Made by a program: the position numbers and the translations under genes
Source of the DNA: an uncultured delta proteobacterium
Lineage (GTDB): Bacteria > Desulfobacterota > Desulfobacteria > Desulfobacterales > Desulfosalsimonadaceae
DNA: 64,000 nt
NCBI GenBank assembly: GCA_963826785.1
Contig: CAWGYD010000008.1
Coordinates: 32,001 to 96,000 of the forward strand
Direction of reading: 5' to 3'
Part shown: positions 11,143 to 20,034 of the stretch, piece by piece
How the letters are laid out: the number at the start of each line of letters is the position of its first letter
Numbering within the stretch: position 1 is the first letter of the stretch
Notes under the pieces: generated by a model
Seen by the model: only the letters and a program-made list of their open reading frames with translations
Databases searched by the model: none
What the model was told of the DNA's origin: nothing

Positions 11143-11159
11143 AGCATAGGCGAATCACC

Positions 11160-12233
11160 ATGATCATTGCAATAGACAAACAAAGCTGGGCGTCCGGGAT
11201 CGAGAAGCTCAAAGATGCCTACCGCGTCTACGGCCCGGTCAGGAAAAAAGACGACTTTGAATACGATGTGCTGGACAAAGGCGTTCTGCCTCAATTCGAT
11301 CAGTATCAGAATACCCGCCTGTCGCCCAAATCCATCATCTATCCCCAGAGCCAGAAGATGTTTTCCTACAGCCTGGATGAAAACAGCCCGGACAACCGGA
11401 TCTTAAAAGAGATCAAGGAAGATGAAACGCCTAGGGCCGTCATCGGCATCCGCCCCTGTGATGCGTACTCCTTCCCCCTGGTCCGAAGGAATTTCGACAC
11501 GCCGGAGTATCAGGACGTGTACTGGACAAGGGCCTATGAAGCGACCACCTTTATCGGGCTGGCCTGTGCGGACCCATGCGGCACCTGCTTCTGCACCAGT
11601 GCGGGGACATCGCCCTTCGGCGAAGAAGGACTGGATGTGCTCCTGGTGGATACAGGGGAGTCCTTTCTGGCCAAAGTGCTGACCGAAAAAGGCAAAGCCC
11701 TGGTGGCGGCAGCCGGATGGACCGCCGAGGCGGACAAAGCGGCCGCCCAGGAGATTGAAAAACGGCGCACCACCGCTGAAGAAAAGGTCGTCTCGACCGT
11801 GGCAACAGACAAGCTCAGAGAAAAAACCATTCTCTCCCTCTATGATGCCCCCTTCTGGCAGGAAGCGGCATTTTCCTGCATCAATTGCGGCACCTGCACC
11901 TATTCATGCCCCACCTGCTGGTGCTTTGACATCCAGGATGAAACTTCCGGCAAGAAAGGGATCCGGATGCGCAACTGGGACAGCTGCATGTTTCCGCTGT
12001 TTACCTTTCATGCCTCCGGCCACAATCCCCGGACACAGAAATTCGAACGGATGCGCCAGCGGTTCATGCATAAACTCAAATATTACGTGGACAAATACGA
12101 CAGCGGCATCCAGTGCGTGGGCTGCGGGCGATGCATCCGCATGTGCCCGGTCAACATCGATATCCGGAAAATCTGCGACCAGATGAACAGCTATGATCCG
12201 GAGGCGTGCGCCTGCGAAGTGACATCGTCTTAG
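11160..12233 (+). CDS. flxB: 4Fe-4S protein, FlxB/AsrA-like
   Basis: GIRPCD, CINCGTCTYSCPTCWCF, RNWDSC, CVGCGRCIRMCP. Confidence 0.82.
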   Translation: MIIAIDKQSWASGIEKLKDAYRVYGPVRKKDDFEYDVLDKGVLPQFDQYQNTRLSPKSIIYPQSQKMFSYSLDENSPDNRILKEIKEDETPRAVIGIRPCDAYSFPLVRRNFDTPEYQDVYWTRAYEATTFIGLACADPCGTCFCTSAGTSPFGEEGLDVLLVDTGESFLAKVLTEKGKALVAAAGWTAEADKAAAQEIEKRRTTAEEKVVSTVATDKLREKTILSLYDAPFWQEAAFSCINCGTCTYSCPTCWCFDIQDETSGKKGIRMRNWDSCMFPLFTFHASGHNPRTQKFERMRQRFMHKLKYYVDKYDSGIQCVGCGRCIRMCPVNIDIRKICDQMNSYDPEACACEVTSS

Positions 12234-12250
12234 CCAAGGGGAGAACAACC

Positions 12251-13096
12251 GTGCGAAATCCATATCTGCCATACCCGGTCCGCATTGATCAAATCATTAC
12301 GGAAACCGAGGATAATAGTTTAAAGACATTTAAATTCGTATTTCTAGATCCGGCCGACGAGGAACGGTTTGCGTATCAGTCGGGTCAGTTTGCGGAACTT
12401 TCCGTTCCGGGACTGGGTGAAATTCCCATCGGCATCGCCTCCTCTCCCACGGAAAAAGGTTTTGTCAAATTCACCATTTTCAAAACCGGAAAAGTGACCT
12501 CCTACCTTCATGCCATGAAGGAAGGCGACATCATGGGGCTCCGCGGCCCCCTGGGGCACCCTTTCCCCTGGGAAATGCTGGAGGGAAAAAGCGTGGTGAT
12601 CATCGGCGGCGGGTTTGCCTTCACCACCCTGCGGTCCTCCATCATGTTCATGACGGACCCGGCAAACCGTGACAAGTTCAAGGATATCCATGTCATTTAC
12701 GGCGCCCGCTCCCCGGGAATGCTCCTCTACAAGGACGAACTGCAGCAGTGGGCAAACCGGGACGATATACACATGAACATCACCGTGGACGGCACGGATG
12801 ATCCCGACTGGAAATATCTGAAAGGCTTCGTTCCCACCATCACCGAGCAGAAAGCCCCTGCCGGAAATGACGACACCTATGCCATCGTGTGCGGTCCGCC
12901 CATCATGATCAAATTCACCCAGCCGGTGCTGGACAATCTCGGCTACAGCCATGACCACATCATCATGTCCCTTGAAAACCGGATGAAATGCGGGATCGGC
13001 ATCTGCGGACGCTGCAATATCGGCAAAGAACTGGTGTGCAAGGACGGCCCGGTATTTACGTTGGCCCAGCTCAATGAAATGCCGCGGGAGTACTAA
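12251..13096 (+). CDS. flxA: FAD/NAD-binding oxidoreductase with 2Fe-2S, FlxA/AsrB-like
   Basis: GQFAEL, RGPLG, IGGG, VCGPPIM, ENRMKCGIGICGRC...VCKDGPVF; GTG start with RBS. Confidence 0.85.
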   Translation: MRNPYLPYPVRIDQIITETEDNSLKTFKFVFLDPADEERFAYQSGQFAELSVPGLGEIPIGIASSPTEKGFVKFTIFKTGKVTSYLHAMKEGDIMGLRGPLGHPFPWEMLEGKSVVIIGGGFAFTTLRSSIMFMTDPANRDKFKDIHVIYGARSPGMLLYKDELQQWANRDDIHMNITVDGTDDPDWKYLKGFVPTITEQKAPAGNDDTYAIVCGPPIMIKFTQPVLDNLGYSHDHIIMSLENRMKCGIGICGRCNIGKELVCKDGPVFTLAQLNEMPREY

Positions 13097-13114
13097 CGGA
13101 TCATAATTTTCATA

Positions 13115-13143
13115 TTGACAATATCAGCAATACCCGATAAATT
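13115..13143 (+). promoter_or_regulatory. Sigma70-like promoter of dsrC
   Basis: TTGACA-17 nt-TAAATT in the AT-rich gap. Confidence 0.55.
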
Positions 13144-13224
13144 AATAATTTATATCCCTAAGTGAAATGCTTCGGCAATGTGCGCCAATTCATAAATATT
13201 AATGCGAAAAGGAGGGTTTAGTAA

Positions 13225-13542
13225 ATGCCAACAGTTGAATTCGAAGGGAATACGTTTAACGTAGACGAAGACGGGTTTATCGACAATTTCGAAAATTACA
13301 ACGAGGCCTGGGTGAAATACGTTAAACAGCAGGAAGGCATCGACGAAATGAATGATGAGCACTGGAAAGTCATCAACGTCCTGCAGGACTATTACAAGAA
13401 AAACGGCATCGCCCCGATGGTCCGGATTCTTTCCAAGCTTACCGGTTTCAAACTGAAACACATCTATGAACTGTTCCCCTCAGGACCCGGCAAGGGAGCC
13501 TGCAAGATGGCCGGACTTCCGAAACCGACCGGGTGCGTGTAA
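13225..13542 (+). CDS. dsrC: Dissimilatory sulfite reductase partner DsrC
   Basis: VDEDGF; C-terminal LFPSGPGKGACKMAGLPKPTGCV with both conserved Cys (CX10C); 105 aa. Confidence 0.96.
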   Translation: MPTVEFEGNTFNVDEDGFIDNFENYNEAWVKYVKQQEGIDEMNDEHWKVINVLQDYYKKNGIAPMVRILSKLTGFKLKHIYELFPSGPGKGACKMAGLPKPTGCV

Positions 13543-13578
13543 CCCCCTGACCGTAAATGTTTTTCATTATCTGGTTGT

Positions 13579-13616
13579 AAAGAGCCCTGCCCGCTGTGCA
13601 GGGCTCTTTTTATTTT
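13579..13616 (+). terminator. Rho-independent terminator after dsrC
   Basis: AAAGAGCCCTGC-loop-GCAGGGCTCTTT followed by a T-rich run. Confidence 0.8.
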
Positions 13617-13745
13617 AATTTCGCATTCAGGACGCGTCCGCGCCGGTTGCATCACCCGCTTTCAGAAATGATCCATACGCCCCCCTTCACCACTTGATTA
13701 CCGCCGGGGCATCGTCTATCATTCAAAACGAAAATGGGGGAACAA

Positions 13746-14138
13746 ATGAAAATTTCAGTTCAAACCCGGCAGAAGACGGAATTGATCGACATCACCGGTA
13801 AAGTTCAGGATGCGGTGTCATCGGCGGGCATCGACAACGGGATCTGCATGATCTATGTCCCGCACACCACCGCCGGCATCACCATCAATGAAAATGCCGA
13901 TCCAACGGTTGCATCCGACATCTTGAACATCTTAAACCGGATCGTCCCATGGGAAGCCGACTACCGGCACGCCGAAGGGAATTCCCCTGCCCATGTGAAG
14001 TCGAGCCTGGTGGGCGTATCCCAGCTGGTGGCCGTGGAAGGCGGAAAACTGGCGCTGGGGACCTGGCAGGGCATCTTTTTCTGCGAATTCGACGGGCCCC
14101 GAAACCGCAACGTCCGGATTAAAACAATGGCAAAGTAA
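13746..14138 (+). CDS. yjbQ: YjbQ/UPF0047 family protein
   Basis: PHTTAGITINENADP, EGNSPAHVKSSL, LGTWQGIFFCEFDGPR. Confidence 0.9.
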   Translation: MKISVQTRQKTELIDITGKVQDAVSSAGIDNGICMIYVPHTTAGITINENADPTVASDILNILNRIVPWEADYRHAEGNSPAHVKSSLVGVSQLVAVEGGKLALGTWQGIFFCEFDGPRNRNVRIKTMAK

Positions 14139-14141
14139 ATC

Positions 14142-14597
14142 ATGCAAACATTAGATGAAAAAGACAAGGCGCTGCTCAACCGGATACAGTCTGATTTCCC
14201 TATTTCTTCAAGGCCCTACCAGAAAATCGGGACCGAACTCGGCCTGTCCGAGGATGAGGTGATCGACCGCATCCGCCGGCTCAAATCCGAAAACATCATC
14301 CGCCGCATCGGGGGCAATTTTGTGCCCGGAAAACTCGGCTACGTCAGCACACTTTGTGCCGGAAAAGTGCCCGAGGAACGGATCGGGGAATTTGCAAATA
14401 TCGTGAACCAGTATCCGGGGGTCACCCATAATTATGTTCGCGAAAACCCGTTTAATGTCTGGTTCACCTTCATCGCCCCCTCCATGTCCCTGATCGATCA
14501 ATATCTGGAAGAGATTTCCATAAAAACCGGCATCACCGACCTCATCAGCCTGCCCGCCACCCGGGTGTTCAAAATCAAGGCCCATTTCAGCCTGTAG
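14142..14597 (+). CDS. ahbA: Siroheme decarboxylase alpha subunit (Lrp/AsnC-like AhbA/NirD)
   Basis: IQSDFPISSRPY, IIRRIG, LGYVSTLC, GVTHNYVR...NVWFT. Confidence 0.8.
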   Translation: MQTLDEKDKALLNRIQSDFPISSRPYQKIGTELGLSEDEVIDRIRRLKSENIIRRIGGNFVPGKLGYVSTLCAGKVPEERIGEFANIVNQYPGVTHNYVRENPFNVWFTFIAPSMSLIDQYLEEISIKTGITDLISLPATRVFKIKAHFSL

Positions 14598-14633
14598 GCC
14601 GTTTTGGCTGCAGGCATGCTTGAAAAGCATGCC

Positions 14634-15444
14634 ATGAAAAATATCCGAATCGCCGTCATCACCGCCTGTTTCAGGGTGGGCCGGACCCGGGAGAATCTTA
14701 AGACCCTCTCCCGCTGGACTGCTGCTGCCGCTAAAAAAAAAGCGGATGTGGTCTGCTTTCCGGAAATGTGCGTCACCGGGTATTGCTCCGGTCCGGAGAT
14801 CCGGAAATGGGCTGAGCCCCTGCCCGGCCCGTCCACCGCATTTCTGGAAGATCTGGCCCGGGAGCATTGCATCACGATTCTGGCCGGAATGGCGGAAATT
14901 GACACTGCCGGACTGATTTATGCCAGCCACCTGGTGTTCGGACCGGAAGGCCTCATTGGCATCTATCGCAAGCTGCACCTGGGACCGCCTGAGAAAGCGG
15001 TGCTCTCGCCCGGTGAGGCCATCCCCCTGTTTACCGTTCCGCAGTTCACCTTCGGCATCCAGTTATGCTATGACGCCCATTTTCCTGAACTGGCCACGGC
15101 CATGGCGGTCAAGGGCGCCGACGCGCTGTTCATCCCCCACGCATCACCGGGTCGGACCGCCGGAAGCCAAAAAGCGATCATGGCTTCGCCACATGCGGGC
15201 CCGGGCATTCGACAACGGCATGTTTGTCATTGCCTGCAACCCGGTGGGGGGAAATGGCCAGGGACTCCTCTTTCCCGGGGTCATCCTGGTGATCGGCCCG
15301 TCCGGTGATATCCTGGCCGAGTACACGGGCGATGTTGAACATCTGCTGATCGCAAACCTCAAAGCAGATGCGCTCAAATCGGTCCGGGACCACCACATGC
15401 GCTACTTTCTCCCCAATCGTCGGCCGGAACTCTATAATGAATGA
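14634..15444 (+). CDS. Carbon-nitrogen hydrolase (nitrilase family), one extra base near 15160
   Basis: FPEM, YRKLHL and LCYD triad in the first frame; ARAFDNGMFVIACN C-terminus in the next frame. Confidence 0.8.
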
Positions 15445-15497
15445 AAAATCGATCCGGTCCCAAAGATCATGAGGGGATATATTCCCGGACGGGGCGC

Positions 15498-16092
15498 TTA
15501 CATATCCTGATCGGTCCAGCAGTGCCTTCAGGCCTTTCCAGAAAATCGCGGACGCTTCGGTGAAGACTTCGCGAATCGCCGAATCCGATTCAAGCGAGCG
15601 GATATAACTTTCCATGCCGCTGTTTAGCAGACTGGCAAATCCATGAGAAAACAGCCAGCCGTGGAACATGAATTTTCTTCTGGATTCGTCTGAAAAACGG
15701 TCGAATACCGGGTAATCCCTCAACCGCTTCAGATGATATTCGAAGTTATCGGCACTGCACCGGGTATTTACTTCCGAATAGGTTTCATCGTGAATGCATT
15801 TAAATAGATATTTTTCATTTCGGGCGAACAGAACATAACCGAGCCCCATGTCCATGTAAATGTCGCCGCTGTAGGGGGTGAGCTGAAATGAGAGAAGGCG
15901 TTGCCAGGCGTTTTCCACCACCGCCTCCTCGATGTCACGCATGGAATTGACCCGGGTGTAAATGGGCATGGTGGAGGCCTTGAGCTGATGCGCCAATGCC
16001 CGGGCGGACAAGTTGCCCATACCGCGCTGGCGGACAATCTCCACTGCGGCATCGACAATATCCTCAACCCGGTATTTCTTCCGCCTCGTCAT
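15498..16092 (-). CDS. TetR/AcrR family regulator
   Basis: MTRRKKYRVEDIVDAAVEIVRQRGMGNLSARALA...STMPIY helix-turn-helix. As sequenced the frame runs on to 15178; removing one base near 15515 restores TAA at 15498-15500. Confidence 0.8.
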
Positions 16093-16103
16093 GATAAAAC
16101 CGG

Positions 16104-17381
16104 CTATTTGACATCGAGCAGTGTAATCAGGCCGAGGCTGAGCTGGGGAATATAGGTAATCAGAAGCAGCCCGATCATCAGGATCACCAGAAAAGGGATG
16201 GCGGCCATGTAGAGTTGGAGAACCGGCTTTTTGAACCGAAAGCAGGAGATGAAAAGATTCATTCCCACCGGCGGGGTGGAATACCCGATCTCCAGGTTGG
16301 TCAGAAAGATGATGCCCAGGTGGACCGGGTCGATGCCGTAGCTCACCGCGATGGGAAGAATCAACGGCACCACCACCAGCAGCGCCGAATAGATGTCCAT
16401 GATGCACCCGACGATGAGCAGAAATACATTCAAGCCGATGAGAAAGGCCCATTTGGATGTCACCAGGTCCTGCATTTTTTCCAGGATCACCATGGGGATC
16501 TGGGCATCGATCATGTAATTGGTCAACGCCAGGGCAGACCCCAGAATAATCAGGATGCCGCCCACCAGCACCATGCTCTGATTCATGATCAGGGGCATGT
16601 GGCGCAGCTTGATCTCCCGGTGGATGAAGACCTCAACGATAAATGCATACAAAACGATCAGCGCGGCGACTTCTCCCAGGGTGACATATCCGCCGAAAAT
16701 GCCCAGAATTACGATCAGGGGAATGAACAATTCCCATTTGGCATCCCAGGTGGTTTTCGCCATGAGCGAAAGCGACGTCTTTTCCCGGATGACATCCGAG
16801 CGTATTCCCACCACCATTGAATACAATGACAGCAGCAGAATCAGCAGCAGTCCGGGAATAATTCCGGCTGCAAACAGCTTATTGATGCTGGTTTCCGCGA
16901 TCACCCCATAGATGATGATGGGCAGGCTGGGGGGAAAGAGAAGCCCCAGGGACCCGGATGAAGTCAGCAGGCCCAGGGAGAACCGCTCCGGGTATCGCTC
17001 CTTGATCATGGCCGGGTAGAGCAGTCCGCCCAGTGCGATGATGGTCACACCGGATGCACCGGTGAACGCGGTGAAAAAGGCGCAGGCCGCAAGGGCCACG
17101 ATGGCGAACCCGCCCGGCAGCCATCCCAGAACCGCCCGGGAAAAATTGACGATCCGGACCGAAGAACGGCTTTCGGCAAGGATAAACCCTGCAAAGGTGA
17201 ACAGCGGGATCGTATACAGGATGGGGTTGTTGGCAAATTTGTTGTAGGTATCCACCACCAGCGCGGCAAAGGGAATGTCTGCCACATAAAAACCGATCAT
17301 GGCAAAGGCGGAGATGACAATGAATATGGGCGCGCCCAGCAGGGCCATCAAGATGATCAGGCCGATCAGAAATGCGGTCAT
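16104..17381 (-). CDS. dctM: TRAP transporter large permease
   Basis: About 12 TM helices; IPLFTFAG, SGSLGLLFPPS, GIDPVHLG, TPPVGMNLF. Confidence 0.93.
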   Translation of the reverse strand: MTAFLIGLIILMALLGAPIFIVISAFAMIGFYVADIPFAALVVDTYNKFANNPILYTIPLFTFAGFILAESRSSVRIVNFSRAVLGWLPGGFAIVALAACAFFTAFTGASGVTIIALGGLLYPAMIKERYPERFSLGLLTSSGSLGLLFPPSLPIIIYGVIAETSINKLFAAGIIPGLLLILLLSLYSMVVGIRSDVIREKTSLSLMAKTTWDAKWELFIPLIVILGIFGGYVTLGEVAALIVLYAFIVEVFIHREIKLRHMPLIMNQSMVLVGGILIILGSALALTNYMIDAQIPMVILEKMQDLVTSKWAFLIGLNVFLLIVGCIMDIYSALLVVVPLILPIAVSYGIDPVHLGIIFLTNLEIGYSTPPVGMNLFISCFRFKKPVLQLYMAAIPFLVILMIGLLLITYIPQLSLGLITLLDVK

Positions 17382-17944
17382 CGGTCAGCCTCCCGGAAGG
17401 CGCGATAAAATCCCATGATGGTGTTGCGCAGGAAACGGATGGAAACCAGGGTGTAGCCTAGGGGCAGAATGGCCTCCATGGACCAGCTGGGAAGGTTGAG
17501 AAAAGGCGAAGTGCCCGGGCTCTGATACTCAATTTCGACAAACTCGAACGCGGCAAACACCAGGATGCAGCAGACGATAAACGAAAACAGGCTGATGACC
17601 GGCTCCAGATATTTCTTTGATCGTTTCGGGATCAGATTGGACACCGCATCGATCTTCACATGGGACCGGCTGCGCGTGGCCACGGCCGCACCGAAAAAAG
17701 CGATCCACAGGACCAGGTGACGCACCAGGGTGTCCCCGCCGGAAATCCCGGATTGAAAAAAGTTGCGCATCAGGATCTGGACCAGCACCATCGCAACCAT
17801 GGCGGCCAGAAACAGCACGATCAGGACATCTTCAACCTTGGACAGCCACCGGTTAAAGCGCCCGGTTTCCGCCCGGGCAGCCACGCAGACCGGGCATCCC
17901 AGCAGATCCGGTTCAAATTCATTGCCGCATTTCAGACACTGCAT
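17378..17944 (-). CDS. dctQ: TRAP small permease with N-terminal CxxC...CxxC extension
   Basis: 4 TM helices, LWIAFFGA...HVKID; ATGA overlap with dctM. Confidence 0.88.
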   Translation of the reverse strand: MQCLKCGNEFEPDLLGCPVCVAARAETGRFNRWLSKVEDVLIVLFLAAMVAMVLVQILMRNFFQSGISGGDTLVRHLVLWIAFFGAAVATRSRSHVKIDAVSNLIPKRSKKYLEPVISLFSFIVCCILVFAAFEFVEIEYQSPGTSPFLNLPSWSMEAILPLGYTLVSIRFLRNTIMGFYRAFREADR

Positions 17945-17954
17945 GCCGGCGGCC

Positions 17955-19007
17955 CTACCTGATCATTTCCACATGACTGTCCGGATGGGCTTTCCGGTAT
18001 TCTTCCAGATACCCCAGCGTCTCGTCCAGAAGCTCCTGGGAGTAGAGTTTGCCCACCAGGTTCTCCCGGGCCTTCTTTGAAGTGGTGAAAATAAATTCCA
18101 GCTGGGCCTTGTCCTTTTCCGGATCAAAGGGGACCACCTTGATGCCGGCTTTTTTAAGCACCTCGATGGATTTGTGGTCCTGCTCCCGGGTATGCAGGCT
18201 CAGTTTATCGAAATAGGGCTGACAGATCTTTTTGATCTTGATCTGGTTTTCCGGTGTAATCTTATCCCACATCCGCTTGGTGACGATGGTCCCCCCCTGG
18301 ACATTGGTGGTGGGCATTTCGGCCATGTATCCAAATCGTTCATACCAGTGGTAGGCCACCGCCCCATAGGGGGTGATGGGGGCGGTATCGATGAGCTTGG
18401 TGGACAGCGAGGTCATGACGTCGGTGATGGAAAGGGGAACCGGGGTGATCTCGAAGGCCTCGAACATGGCCTGGCTGAGCGGGTCGCCCTGCCACATCCA
18501 CCACTTCTGGCTGCGGGCCACTTCGATGGAGGTGATGGGCACTTTGGACAGGTTGTAGACAAAACCGATTTCGTTCCACCCCAGAACGATATAGCCTTCC
18601 TCCTCGAACCGCTTCTCCATATAGGGACGGAGCTTTTCACGAACATAGGCGACTTCCTCGTAGTTCCGGAATACATAGGGGAGTTCGGTGACCCGCACCT
18701 CCGGGACAATCTGGCCGAGACCATGGCCGGTGAATGTACCGCCGTGCAGTTGTCCCAGCCGGATTTTGCGCAAAACATCCATTTCATCGCCCTGAACCCC
18801 GCCGTAATAGAGCTTTACCCCCACCTGGTTGCCGGTCTCCTTCCGGATCCGGGCATCCATTTCATTGATGACATTCATCATATAGGACCCGCGGGGGGCG
18901 ATGGTGGCCATCTTGAACAGAATTTCCGGTTGATCCGCCGCAGATGCCGCCACTGGAATCAGAAATAGAATGGAAAAGAGAATCGCATACAAGGATTTTG
19001 ATTTCAT
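17955..19007 (-). CDS. dctP: TRAP substrate-binding protein (TatP-type)
   Basis: Signal peptide; KMATIAPRGS, YYGGVQGDE..VLRKIRLGQL. Confidence 0.9.
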   Translation of the reverse strand: MKSKSLYAILFSILFLIPVAASAADQPEILFKMATIAPRGSYMMNVINEMDARIRKETGNQVGVKLYYGGVQGDEMDVLRKIRLGQLHGGTFTGHGLGQIVPEVRVTELPYVFRNYEEVAYVREKLRPYMEKRFEEEGYIVLGWNEIGFVYNLSKVPITSIEVARSQKWWMWQGDPLSQAMFEAFEITPVPLSITDVMTSLSTKLIDTAPITPYGAVAYHWYERFGYMAEMPTTNVQGGTIVTKRMWDKITPENQIKIKKICQPYFDKLSLHTREQDHKSIEVLKKAGIKVVPFDPEKDKAQLEFIFTTSKKARENLVGKLYSQELLDETLGYLEEYRKAHPDSHVEMIR

Positions 19008-19019
19008 CGGTCGCCTTTC

Positions 19020-19895
19020 CTAATAAACATTGTCAACATCTTCCAGCATCCGCCGGGCTTTTTTCTTTGCCGCCGAATTGATGAATGTCATCTCGGGCAG
19101 CAGATCTTCCGGTGCGGAAATGACGTAGTTCAACGTATCCACGTACAACTGCCGGTCCTGAATCTGATAGGCATAATACTGGGCATACATCAGATAAAAT
19201 ACCAGCATTTTTCCGTCTGATATGGCAAAGGCTTTGTCAAACTCCGCCTGGGCCAGTTCCGGTTTCCCCCCATGGGCCACCGGACGCGAAGCATGCAGAA
19301 CGCCCATGACCGTGTGGGCAGCACCGTATTTGAAGGTATCGTCGAGTTCCATGGAACGTTTCAGCATCGCCCTGATCTTGGGCAGCGCGAGAAAGATTTC
19401 CGGGTCATCCACGTTTAATCCGGCCCAGCTCAGCCAGGAACTTGCCCCCCAGAACAGCGCGGGGACGTCGCTTTTGTTGAACACGGAAAGGCTTTGTACG
19501 AACGGTTCAAGTGGACCGTCCAGGGCCTGTGCGAATTTCTTTTTTTGAGACAGCGCACGAAGGGCATAGTCTCTTGATTTCGCATACATCTTCATGGCCC
19601 GTTCCCGGTCCTCCGACTCAAGGAAGACAAACGAATACCCGTTGTAGGCCTCTGCGGCCATCACCAGGTATTTGGTATTGTTCGGCGACGCCTCGATGAT
19701 ACCGTCCATCTGGATCAGGCTGGCGGGCAGCGCGTCCCGCACCAGTTCCACATCATTGTTCCGGTTGACGGCCGTGTTCATCTTGTCCAGCAGCGGGGAC
19801 ATGGAATCGGCCATGAATTTGGCGTTGGCGCATCCGGCCGCCGAAATGGCGATTCCGATCAGGATGAGCAGGCGCAGAAATCTGGCATGGGGCAT
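19020..19895 (-). CDS. TRAP-associated T-component lipoprotein (TatT-like)
   Basis: Lipobox AAGC; helical TPR-like sequence with ALFW, ELDDTF.YG, GGKPELA..EFDKA; adjacent to dctPQM. Confidence 0.85.
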   Translation of the reverse strand: MPHARFLRLLILIGIAISAAGCANAKFMADSMSPLLDKMNTAVNRNNDVELVRDALPASLIQMDGIIEASPNNTKYLVMAAEAYNGYSFVFLESEDRERAMKMYAKSRDYALRALSQKKKFAQALDGPLEPFVQSLSVFNKSDVPALFWGASSWLSWAGLNVDDPEIFLALPKIRAMLKRSMELDDTFKYGAAHTVMGVLHASRPVAHGGKPELAQAEFDKAFAISDGKMLVFYLMYAQYYAYQIQDRQLYVDTLNYVISAPEDLLPEMTFINSAAKKKARRMLEDVDNVY

Positions 19896-19944
19896 ATCGT
19901 ATGTTCCTTTAGCGGGTTAAAAGAAGCGGGGGATTAAAAAAACG

Positions 19945-19985
19945 AATTGTTATTTACAATTAGTCGGATTTATGCCGGCTGTCAA
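19945..19985 (-). promoter_or_regulatory. Sigma70-like promoter with overlapping palindrome upstream of tatT-dctPQM-tetR
   Basis: Minus strand TTGACA-17 nt-TAATTG; palindrome AATTGT-TATTT-ACAATT at 19945-19961. Confidence 0.5.
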
Positions 19986-20034
19986 ACTAATTTTGAAGGC
20001 ACCCCGGATTACGGGGCTAAAGAGACGCGGGTGC

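Noticed and set aside
15178..16452. 424-aa ORF overlapping dctM and the nitrilase
   Set aside because: Only 16092 to about 15500 is TetR-like; the extensions are an upstream off-frame overlap and a lost stop.
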